Source: Candidatus Woesearchaeota archaeon
GTDB lineage: Archaea > Nanobdellota > Nanobdellia > Woesearchaeales > UBA10216
Length of the DNA stretch: 64,000 nucleotides
NCBI GenBank assembly: GCA_016188155.1
Contig: JACPIH010000003.1
Span: 2,033 to 66,032, forward strand
Direction of reading: 5' to 3'
Position numbers and translations under genes: made by a program. The notes under the pieces were generated by a model. The model saw only the letters and a list, made by a program, of their open reading frames with translations, was not told the DNA's origin and did no database searches. Positions 34,515 through 42,689 of this stretch are shown one piece after another (position 1 is the first letter of the stretch; each line of letters starts with the position of its first letter).

Positions 34515-37502
34515 CTAGTACCTTAGTGTTTTCTGCCACGCTTCCTTTAATTCCTTGATATCCGCATCAATTATTTTCCCTGCGCTTCCGCGGATTACAA
34601 GATGCTTTCCTTTCGTCTTACCAATCATACCATAATGGCAGCCATGCTTTTTCATGGTGCCTTCGAACATTGCCTCCTTCCCTTTCTCTACTTCAGCAAT
34701 AAACCTCGTTTGCGATTCCGAAAAAAGTACAATTTCACCTCCGTTTTTTGATAAACCCCAAGTCGACTGCTGTCGACTGGACCCAGTCGAACTTTGTTCG
34801 ACTTGGGCTTTTTCGTAAAAAGGTTTTGTGTGGGGAACGTTCCGCAGCTCGACCTCAGCCCCGATTCCGCCTGCAAAGCACATCTCGGTCAGTGCAACGG
34901 CCATGCCTCCTTCGCTTATGTCGTGGCATGCGAGGACAATTTTTTCCTTTATCGCTTCTTCGACAGCAGCGAATGTCGCTTTGCTTTTCGCAGCATCAAT
35001 CGTTGGCACATTGCCCGATTCTAACCCTAAACCAACTAATTCACTGTAGTGGCTGCCTCCCATCTCGTCTTTTGTTTCGCCTATCGCGTAAATGCTGCTT
35101 CCTTCTTTTTTTATGTCCATCGTTACTATGTCGTCTACGTCGTCAATAACGGCAACGGCCGAAATTAGCAGCGTATCAAGTATCGGTATCTTCTTTCCAT
35201 CGCTGACAACCTCGTTGTGCAGGCTGTCCTTCCCTGATATGAAGGGCGTTCCGTAGGCTGTTGCAAAGTCTTTGCACGCCTTGGCAGCCATGACAAGCGT
35301 GCCAAGCCTTTCGGGCTCGTCAGTGTTTGCCCAGCAGAAGTTGTCAAGTATTGCTGTTTTGCCCAGGCTTCCTCCTGTTGCCACAATGTTCCTCAGCGCC
35401 TCGTCTATTGCGGCAGCCGCCATCCAGTACGGGCTTATTATTCCGTAGCGTGGGTTTATTCCGTTGGCAACAGCTAGCCCTTTTCTGCTTCCGAAGACTG
35501 GCATTACAACTGATGCGTCGCTTGGTCTGTCATTGGCAGCTCCGGTAAGGGGCTTTATTATCGTGTTTGCCTGCACTTCATGGTCATATTGCCTTATGAC
35601 CAATTCCTTGCTCGCTATTGATGGCATTCCTAATAGTTTCATTAAGGTTTCATCGTAGTTACTGCCGCTAAGCTTCCTCCGTTGCAGCTGCTTCTGTTGT
35701 GTTTTCGCTTTTTTCTCCCTGTAAACCGCTTTTCTTTTTTGTTTTGGCAGACCATTGTGCAGAAAGTCCATGCTGAGTTCAGCAGCAGTTTTTCCGTTGT
35801 GCTTCACTACAAGCTTTTTTGTTGCCGTGAAGCTTCCAATGACAGCAATCCCTGCCCCTTCCTTTTCGCAAATCTCTTTGAGCTTTTGCAGGTTTTTCTC
35901 AGGCACGGAAACAACCATCCTTTCCTGCGATTCTGAGAGCCATATCTCCCACGGCTTCATTCCGGAGTGCTTCAAAGGGACTTGTGACAGCTCAACCTCT
36001 GCGCCCAGTTCGCGACCCATCTCGCCAACTGCCGAGCTGAACCCTCCTGCCCCGCAGTCTGTAATGGCGTTGAACAGCTTCCTGTCTCTTGCTTCGAGTA
36101 TTGTGTCAAGCATTTTTTTCTCTTCGATGGCGTTTCCTATCTGGACAACTGATGTGGTGAGGCCTTCGTTAAGCTCTGTGCTGGAGAATGTTGCTCCGTG
36201 CAGCCCGTCCTTGCCTGTTTTTCCTCCAACAACAACGATAAGGTCTCCTGGTTTGGGGCTTTTCTTGATAGCCCATCTCGGCATTATTCCTGCTGTTCCG
36301 CAGTATACGAGCGGTGCAAGGTAGCTGTTGTGGAATGTTATTGAGCCGTTTATCGTTGGTATGCCCATCCTGTTGCCGTAGTCGCGAACGCCAGAAACCA
36401 CGCCCTTAAGCGTCCGTTTTGGGTGCAGCACGCCTTTCGGCAGCTTTTCATTGTAGTCTGGGTTTGCAAAGCAGAAGACGTCTGTGCTGAATATTGGCTT
36501 TGCGCCCAATCCTGCACCGAGCACATCCCTGATTACGCCTCCGATGCCTGTGCCCGCTCCCCCATAAGGGTCAAGGGCAGACGGGTGGTTGTGAGTTTCG
36601 ACCTTGAATGCGATGCAGTTTTCTTCATCGAATTTTATTATGCCGGCATTGTCCCTGAAAACAGAGATTAAGTTGTCTTTCCACTCCTTCCTTTTCGCAA
36701 TTTCGTTTGTTGCGGCAACTATGGTTTCCCTGAAGAGGTTGCTGATTGTTTCTGTTGTTTTTTTCCCGCCGCCATCATAAAGTTCAAGCCCGATTTCACT
36801 GTTGAATGTTTTGTGCTTGCAGTGCTCGCTCCACGTCTGCGCTATTGTTTCAAGCTCTGCGTCTGTTGGTTCCCTTCGCAGCTTTTTGAAGTGCGTCTGT
36901 ATCGCCTTCATCTCTTCAAGCGATAGGGAAAGAACGTTTTTTTGGCTTATTTTCCTGAGCTCGGCATCTGACGCTTTCCTTATTTTTACTGCGGCAACTG
37001 GCTCACCGTTTTCCGCGGCTGCTGCCGTTTCTCGCTTTAGGAAAGAGCTTACGTTCACGTGCTCAAAGCCGTAGCCGTATTGCTGCGTGTTCTCGTTTGC
37101 AAGCAGCCCTTCGCAAATGGCCTTTACCTGTTCCTCTGTGGCGTTTCTTATGGCGTATTTCTGCATTATTGTTGCCGACTCTGCAGCTAACCCGATATCC
37201 TCGACAAGCTTTAGGGTGCTCTGCTCAACAGGGTCTGTTATTTGCGGCTTATACCTTACTATGGCCACCCACGCGCCTTTGGAATAAAGCTGGTTGTTTA
37301 TGCCAAACTGCTGGACTACCTGGTCGCTCATTGCCCTGGCTATCGTTTCTGCTTCCTTGGTGCTGTAGCTTCCCTGAATAACATAGATGTCGCTTGTCTC
37401 AGCTACTTCAGCTTTCAGGCCCAGGTCTTCATTTATTGCCTTCTGGAGCCCTTCCTTTCTTACGTCCTTGGATGTTTCTTTCGTCTTTATCTCAATCCAC
37501 AT
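34515..37502 (-). CDS. purL: FGAM synthase PurL fused to N-terminal PurS-like domains; contains an in-frame repeat-derived insertion near the C-terminus
   Basis: ETHNHPSA, DCGAGG, SESQERM, LFSESQTRF. See the finding at 34739..34831. Confidence 0.9.
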   Translation of the reverse strand: MWIEIKTKETSKDVRKEGLQKAINEDLGLKAEVAETSDIYVIQGSYSTKEAETIARAMSDQVVQQFGINNQLYSKGAWVAIVRYKPQITDPVEQSTLKLVEDIGLAAESATIMQKYAIRNATEEQVKAICEGLLANENTQQYGYGFEHVNVSSFLKRETAAAAENGEPVAAVKIRKASDAELRKISQKNVLSLSLEEMKAIQTHFKKLRREPTDAELETIAQTWSEHCKHKTFNSEIGLELYDGGGKKTTETISNLFRETIVAATNEIAKRKEWKDNLISVFRDNAGIIKFDEENCIAFKVETHNHPSALDPYGGAGTGIGGVIRDVLGAGLGAKPIFSTDVFCFANPDYNEKLPKGVLHPKRTLKGVVSGVRDYGNRMGIPTINGSITFHNSYLAPLVYCGTAGIMPRWAIKKSPKPGDLIVVVGGKTGKDGLHGATFSSTELNEGLTTSVVQIGNAIEEKKMLDTILEARDRKLFNAITDCGAGGFSSAVGEMGRELGAEVELSQVPLKHSGMKPWEIWLSESQERMVVSVPEKNLQKLKEICEKEGAGIAVIGSFTATKKLVVKHNGKTAAELSMDFLHNGLPKQKRKAVYREKKAKTQQKQLQRRKLSGSNYDETLMKLLGMPSIASKELVIRQYDHEVQANTIIKPLTGAANDRPSDASVVMPVFGSRKGLAVANGINPRYGIISPYWMAAAAIDEALRNIVATGGSLGKTAILDNFCWANTDEPERLGTLVMAAKACKDFATAYGTPFISGKDSLHNEVVSDGKKIPILDTLLISAVAVIDDVDDIVTMDIKKEGSSIYAIGETKDEMGGSHYSELVGLGLESGNVPTIDAAKSKATFAAVEEAIKEKIVLACHDISEGGMAVALTEMCFAGGIGAEVELRNVPHTKPFYEKAQVEQSSTGSSRQQSTWGLSKNGGEIVLFSESQTRFIAEVEKGKEAMFEGTMKKHGCHYGMIGKTKGKHLVIRGSAGKIIDADIKELKEAWQKTLRY
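34743..34828 (+). repeat. Hairpin repeat family, copy 6, with the nested double-hairpin module, located inside the purL coding sequence
   Basis: GTTTTTTGATAAACC, then the module, then CTTTTT-cgt-AAAAAG-GTTTTG. Flanks match copy 4. Confidence 0.85.
34758..34807 (+). repeat. 50-nt double-hairpin module, copy C
   Basis: CCAAGTCGAC-tgct-GTCGACTGG, a, CCCAGTCGAAC-tttg-TTCGACTTGGG. Confidence 0.85.
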
Positions 37503-38514
37503 AAGTTACGCCCTCGCCTTTCACGACTTTTCCTATAAGGTATGCCTTTTCATTCATCTGCTGCAGCAGCTGCAAGGCCTTATCAGAATCTTTCTTGTCA
37601 ACAACGTAAACATAGCCGATTCCCATGTTGAAAGTGCTGTACATTTCATCTATGGGAACATCCCCTTTTTGCTGTATCAGCTTGAAGATTGGCAGCGGCT
37701 CCCAGCTTTTCCTGCTTATCCTGGCGCCCAACCCTTTCGGCAGTATTCTCGGCAGGTTTTTCCTGAAGCTTCCGCCTGTGATGTGGGCAATCCCTTTTAT
37801 CATGTGCTTTTCCATCATGGCTGTTGTGGTTTTGAGGTAGTTCCTGTGCGGCCTCAGCATAATTTCCCCTGTGCTTTCAGTTCCTATCCTCTCATTTAGC
37901 TTGAGCTTTCCTGTGCGCAGGACTGCCCTCACGAGGCTGTACCCGTTTGAGTGCAGGCCTGTTGATGCAATGCCTATGAGCATATCTCCTTCTTTTATGC
38001 TGCTGCAGTCAATCACGTCTTTCTTTTCTGCAGCCCCGAGTATGAAGCCGACCACGTCGACTGCCTTGTCATGGTAAACATCAGGCATTTCCGCAGTCTC
38101 TCCTCCAACGAAAATTATGCCATTTTCCTTGCAGCAGCGTGCAACGCTTTTCACAATGCGTTCAGTCACGGCATCGTTGAGTCTGCTGCTTGCAATGTAG
38201 TCTGAGAAGCAAATGGGCTTTGCTCCCATGGCCAGTATGTCGTTTATGCAGTGGTTGACTATGTCCTCCCCGATGCCTTCCCACTTGTCAAGCTCTGCCG
38301 CAATCAGGGTCTTGGTTCCCACTCCGTCTGTGTTGAATGCCAGCACAGGATTCGCGTATTTTTTCAGCTCGTCAGCGCTGACAACAAGCCCTTTGAACAT
38401 GGTCTCGCTGCTTATGACTCTTTTGTCATGCGTTGCTTTGATATGTCCCTTTATTTTTTTCAGCAGCTCATTCTTCTTTTCAACGTCCACGCCAGCTTCC
38501 TTGTAAGTAGTCAT
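37492..38514 (-). CDS. purM: AIR synthetase
   Basis: YKEAGVD, DGVGTK, HITGGG-like AHITGGS. Confidence 0.9.
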   Translation of the reverse strand: MTTYKEAGVDVEKKNELLKKIKGHIKATHDKRVISSETMFKGLVVSADELKKYANPVLAFNTDGVGTKTLIAAELDKWEGIGEDIVNHCINDILAMGAKPICFSDYIASSRLNDAVTERIVKSVARCCKENGIIFVGGETAEMPDVYHDKAVDVVGFILGAAEKKDVIDCSSIKEGDMLIGIASTGLHSNGYSLVRAVLRTGKLKLNERIGTESTGEIMLRPHRNYLKTTTAMMEKHMIKGIAHITGGSFRKNLPRILPKGLGARISRKSWEPLPIFKLIQQKGDVPIDEMYSTFNMGIGYVYVVDKKDSDKALQLLQQMNEKAYLIGKVVKGEGVTYVD

Positions 38515-39365
38515 TTTCTCCTGGTTATTTCCTTGTACCTCTCAAGCGTGTTTTCTATTAGCATTGCTACAGTCATTGGCCCAACCCCTCCAGGCACTGG
38601 TGTTATGTACGAGGCTTTTTCCTTTACAGATGCAAAGTCAACATCGCCAACAAGCTTTCCTTCAACACGGTTTATTCCGACATCAATGACCACTGCCCCT
38701 TCTTTCACCATATCTGCCTTAACGAGTTTCGGTTTTCCGGCAGCGGCAACGAGTATGTCTGCTTTTTTTGTGTAATGTGGCAAATCAGCCGTTTTGCTGT
38801 GGCAGATGGTGACTGTGGCATTTCGGTTGAGGAGCAGGAGTGCAGTTGGCTTGCCTACAATGTTGCTTCTCCCTATTACAACGGCATTCTTCCAAGCCAA
38901 ATCTATGCCGTATTCCTCCAGCAGCCGTATGACCCCTTTTGGCGTGCACGGGACTGCCGCTTCCCTTCCTGAAGCCAGCCTGCCTACGTTCACCAGGCTA
39001 AAGCCGTCAACGTCCTTCTCAAGCGCGATTGCCTCAAGCACTTTTTCCTCGTTTATGCGCCTTGGCAATGGGAGCTGAACAAGTATTCCGTGTATTTTCT
39101 CGCTCTTGTTTAATCTGCCAATCAGCTGAAGCAGCTCTTTTTCTGTTGTTTCTTCAGGCAATTTGTAGAGTTCAGAGTAAATCCCGACTTCATCGCAGGT
39201 TTTTCGCTTTATGTCAACGTACACTTTTGACGCAGGATTCTCCCCAACCAGTATTGCTGCCAGGCCGGGTTTCGTTTTTAGGTTCGCCACTTCCGCCTTT
39301 ACCTTGGCCCTGATTTTCTCAGCCACTGCTTTTCCGTCCATTATCTTTGCAGTCATTTTTTCCAC
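38511..39365 (-). CDS. folD: Bifunctional methylene-THF dehydrogenase / methenyl-THF cyclohydrolase
   Basis: ILVGENPAS.VYV, ILVQLPLP, GRSNIVGKP, PVPGGVGPMT. Confidence 0.9.
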   Translation of the reverse strand: MEKMTAKIMDGKAVAEKIRAKVKAEVANLKTKPGLAAILVGENPASKVYVDIKRKTCDEVGIYSELYKLPEETTEKELLQLIGRLNKSEKIHGILVQLPLPRRINEEKVLEAIALEKDVDGFSLVNVGRLASGREAAVPCTPKGVIRLLEEYGIDLAWKNAVVIGRSNIVGKPTALLLLNRNATVTICHSKTADLPHYTKKADILVAAAGKPKLVKADMVKEGAVVIDVGINRVEGKLVGDVDFASVKEKASYITPVPGGVGPMTVAMLIENTLERYKEITRRK

Positions 39366-39367
39366 AT

Positions 39368-39472
39368 CTAAATAAGCCCGTAGCTTTTTAGTACGAACAG
39401 TATTAAAAATCCGGCTATTGCAAACAATACCTCTTTCGGGAATGAAGCCACTGCATCTGCTGGATTTTCCAT
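39368..39472 (-). CDS. Possible 34-aa single-TM small protein filling the glyA-folD gap
   Basis: Manual translation MENPADAVASFPKEVLFAIAGFLILFVLKSYGLI*. Starts 10 nt after the glyA stop and ends 3 nt before the folD start. Confidence 0.35.
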   Translation of the reverse strand: MENPADAVASFPKEVLFAIAGFLILFVLKSYGLI

Positions 39473-39481
39473 TCTTATCAC

Positions 39482-40816
39482 CTACATGTAAAGCGGGAAC
39501 CTGCTGCAGAGTTCCTTTACTTCCTCCCTTACCTTTTTGACGACAGAGTTGCCTTTTATCTCATCCTTGAATTTCTTGACATAACCGCTTATCTCTGTTT
39601 TCCCGGCAGGAAGCGCATATTTTCTCGTTTCGTTTACCACTGCAGCAATCCATCCTGCTATTCTTTCCATTTCGGGCTCTTTCATTCCCCGAGTCGTTAT
39701 TGCCGGTGTCCCAAGCCTTACTCCGCTGGGGTAGAATGGGCTGCTTGGGTCTAGCGGTATCGTGTTCTTGTTTACTGTTATTCCGGCTGCCTCAAGGGCT
39801 TCCTGTGCAAACACGCCGTGCCCTTTTGCTATTGTTGTAAGGTCAATAAGCATGAGGTGGTTTTCTGTGCCGCTTGACACCAGTTTAAGGCCTTTCTCCA
39901 TAAGCCCCGCCGCCAGGGCTTTTGCGTTCCTGACTATCTGGTGCGCGTATTCCCTGAACTCGGGCATAAGCGCCTCCCCCAATGCAACAGCTATTGCTGC
40001 TGTCGTTTGGTCATGGGGGCCGCCCTGCAGCCCCGGAAAAACTGCCTTGTCTATTTTTTCGGCAAGCTCAGGGTCTTTCTGCAGCCCCTTTTCCGTAACC
40101 ATTATGATTGCGCCTCTGGGCCCGCGCAGCGTCTTGTGCGTCGTTGTCGTGATTATGTGCACGTATGGCACAGGGCTCGGGTGTGCTCCTCCTATTATTA
40201 AGCCGGAAATATGCGCTACATCAGCAGCCAAATACGCTCCCACTTCGTCAGCAATCTCAGCCATTTCCTTGAACGGAAACTGCCTAACATAAGCAGATGC
40301 CCCTACCCAGATCAGCTTTGGCCTGTGCTCTAAAGCCAGCTTGCGCGCCTCTTCAAAGTCAATGTAGCCGTCAGCCTTGACATGGTACTGTACAGCCTTG
40401 TAGAATATGCCTGAGAAGCTCGTCTTCCAGCCGTGCGTTAGATGCCCGCCATCAGGCAGCGCCTGCCCCATTATGACATCCCCCGGCTGGCATGTCGCCA
40501 GGTAAACGGCGAAGTTCGCCGGTGTTCCCGAATAAGGCTGGACATTGGCTCTTGGCACCCCAAACGCTTTTTTTGCTCTTTCAATTGCAAGATTCTCAAC
40601 TTTATCCACAAATTCGTTGCCGCCATAGTATCTTTTGCCCGGGTAGCCTTCTGAATACTTGTTTGTGAATACAGAGCCCATTGCCTCAAGCACTGCCTTG
40701 CTGACGAAGTTTTCTGACGGTATCATTTCCAGGCATTCCTCTTCCCTCTTTAGCTCTGATTGGATTAGCTCGAACACCTCCTTGTCTGTTTCCGCAAGCT
40801 TCTTGAGTATGTCCAT
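39482..40816 (-). CDS. glyA: Serine hydroxymethyltransferase
   Basis: SENFVS, GYPGKRYYGG, TTTTHKTLRGPRG. Start set at MDILKK (40816). Confidence 0.9.
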   Translation of the reverse strand: MDILKKLAETDKEVFELIQSELKREEECLEMIPSENFVSKAVLEAMGSVFTNKYSEGYPGKRYYGGNEFVDKVENLAIERAKKAFGVPRANVQPYSGTPANFAVYLATCQPGDVIMGQALPDGGHLTHGWKTSFSGIFYKAVQYHVKADGYIDFEEARKLALEHRPKLIWVGASAYVRQFPFKEMAEIADEVGAYLAADVAHISGLIIGGAHPSPVPYVHIITTTTHKTLRGPRGAIIMVTEKGLQKDPELAEKIDKAVFPGLQGGPHDQTTAAIAVALGEALMPEFREYAHQIVRNAKALAAGLMEKGLKLVSSGTENHLMLIDLTTIAKGHGVFAQEALEAAGITVNKNTIPLDPSSPFYPSGVRLGTPAITTRGMKEPEMERIAGWIAAVVNETRKYALPAGKTEISGYVKKFKDEIKGNSVVKKVREEVKELCSRFPLYM

Positions 40817-40833
40817 TTTTTCCACCCCATCCC

Positions 40834-41589
40834 TTACTTTAAGATTGACAGCAGCCATGGCGCTACTGATGTAAACAGCACAAAATTCAGGGCTATGTTT
40901 GAAAGCCCGAACCTCAGGCACTTGTCAATGTGGCCTCCCATGAATGCAACGATTATGAATGATGTCACCAGATTGTAAATTATTGCTGCGGTTATTCCCA
41001 CTGAGGTTATTCCTGCTGATGCAAAGCTTCCGGCAATAACCCCTATGAGCGCGTAAGCTGCTGTTGTCAAAGGCACAAAATAGCTGAACCTCGCTGAAAG
41101 TGCGTAGTCCATGAGCATTGCCGTTGCGCCAAGCAGGGCTCCTGCCTTTGGCCCGTACACGAAGCTGCCAAGCACCGTTATAAGCATTATCAGCTCTATT
41201 CCGAGCCTTGCAGTGTTTTTTAACGTCCTCAAAAAGAAGCATGCTAGGCCGTGCAGCATGAATAGCACAATGAACACAACTGGCTTTACCGATGACAGCA
41301 GGAAAAGTGCTGCCAGTGCCGGAGGTATTACAAGCCAGCCGTACCTTTCCATGTAGCCCTTCACGTACACCTTTGCAAATCTCATTGCAAAGAAAACTGA
41401 TGTAAAGATTACAAAAGCCAGCATTAATGTGAGCACTATGTTGCTTCTGAGGAGGCTCCTCACCCAGATTCCGAGCAGTGCTGTGATGATGAAGCTCCCG
41501 ACCGCTACCATGCCGTACTTTGCGACGTCTCCCAGCTCTAGGCTTAGCTCGAACCTTTCGCTTTTCCCGATGCTTTCGCCTTCAGCCAT
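40834..41589 (-). CDS. Polytopic membrane protein (about 6-7 TM), unknown function
   Basis: Hydrophobic segments throughout. Embedded between MTHFS and glyA. Confidence 0.55.
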   Translation of the reverse strand: MAEGESIGKSERFELSLELGDVAKYGMVAVGSFIITALLGIWVRSLLRSNIVLTLMLAFVIFTSVFFAMRFAKVYVKGYMERYGWLVIPPALAALFLLSSVKPVVFIVLFMLHGLACFFLRTLKNTARLGIELIMLITVLGSFVYGPKAGALLGATAMLMDYALSARFSYFVPLTTAAYALIGVIAGSFASAGITSVGITAAIIYNLVTSFIIVAFMGGHIDKCLRFGLSNIALNFVLFTSVAPWLLSILK

Positions 41590-42159
41590 TCAGTTGCACC
41601 TTATCACTCTGCTTTCAGTTACTATCGCGTCCATCGGGCGGTCGTGGCTTTCCCTTGGCAGTTTTTCCACCACCTGGAAATCATATGCCAGGCCGATCTC
41701 GGCAGCTTTTGCCAGCCTGTGTAAAAGCTTGTCGTAATATCCGAGCCCGTAGCCAAGCCGGTGCCCATCCTTGTCAAAAGCAACACCTGGAACAATTACA
41801 ACGTCTATTTCTTCCTCATCAACAGCGCTTCTCCGCTTAGGCTCCATAATTCCAAACGCCCCGGGTTTCAAGTCGCTGCTGTAGTCCCTGATTTCAGCAA
41901 CCTCCAGTTCTCCTGCTGCGGTATTAGTTATCGGCAGCAGCACCTTCTTTCCACTTTTGAGAGCATCATTGATCAGCTTCTTAGTTTGGGCTTCGTTGCC
42001 TTTTGCAGCATAGAAGAGCACTGTTTTTGCACCAGCATATTCCTCCAATTGCTGCAGTTTTGCAGCTATTGCGGCGCTTTTACTTTCAACTTCTTCCCTT
42101 GTCATGGCGTCACGTTTTTCCCTAATAGTTTCCCTTATTTGCTGTTTTACGGTTTTCAT
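41590..42159 (-). CDS. 5-formyltetrahydrofolate cyclo-ligase (MTHFS)
   Basis: KQQIRETIREKRDAM, VVIVPGVAFDKDGHRLGYGLGYYD. Confidence 0.8.
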   Translation of the reverse strand: MKTVKQQIRETIREKRDAMTREEVESKSAAIAAKLQQLEEYAGAKTVLFYAAKGNEAQTKKLINDALKSGKKVLLPITNTAAGELEVAEIRDYSSDLKPGAFGIMEPKRRSAVDEEEIDVVIVPGVAFDKDGHRLGYGLGYYDKLLHRLAKAAEIGLAYDFQVVEKLPRESHDRPMDAIVTESRVIRCN

Positions 42160-42689
42160 GCTTGGTAAATGACCCTCTTAACTGCTAAAAGCCTTGGTAC
42201 CATTTCTTCCAATGGCGTTAGTGCAACGCCGTTGTTTCTTTGTGAGGAGTGTAAGATTTGCAAGTTGCCAGCATAAATTGCTACGTGAGTTGGCAGGAAT
42301 GGGCTGTTTCTTGTGAAAAACAGGACATCACCTTTCATAATTTTGTTCAGGCCAACTTCAACCAGCCTTACTTGACCTATGTAACCTTCGTTTGTGCTGC
42401 AAAACAGTTCAACAACATGTCTTGGTAAATGCAGGCCGATGCTTTTTTCAAACGCATATCCCACAAATCCTATGCAGTCAAAGCCAGTCTCCGGGTTGAC
42501 TGGTGTGTGACTGTGGCGTATGTAGTTCTCGCCACTTACATGTACGCCGTTATGTCTTGCGCTATTTAGGTGCAGCTCTTTGTGGCTTATGAAAGGGGCT
42601 CCCAACAAGCTCAGTGCAAAAGCAACTACATTTGACAGCTCCTGCTTAGGAGCAGCTTGCTCAGCGGTTTCTAATAGTGTTGTTGTCAT
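42156..42689 (-). CDS. NlpC/P60 (C40) family cysteine peptidase, with no signal peptide
   Basis: GFDCIGFVGYAF (catalytic Cys) and THVAIYAGNLQILHSS (His). N-terminus is not hydrophobic. Confidence 0.65.
   Translation of the reverse strand: MTTTLLETAEQAAPKQELSNVVAFALSLLGAPFISHKELHLNSARHNGVHVSGENYIRHSHTPVNPETGFDCIGFVGYAFEKSIGLHLPRHVVELFCSTNEGYIGQVRLVEVGLNKIMKGDVLFFTRNSPFLPTHVAIYAGNLQILHSSQRNNGVALTPLEEMVPRLLAVKRVIYQA

Noticed and set aside
34743-34828. tRNA-like cloverleaf interpretation of the composite repeat (outer stem plus three hairpins)
   Set aside because: There is no T-loop or D-loop consensus and no anticodon-loop geometry. The outer stem is only about 5 A/U-rich pairs.
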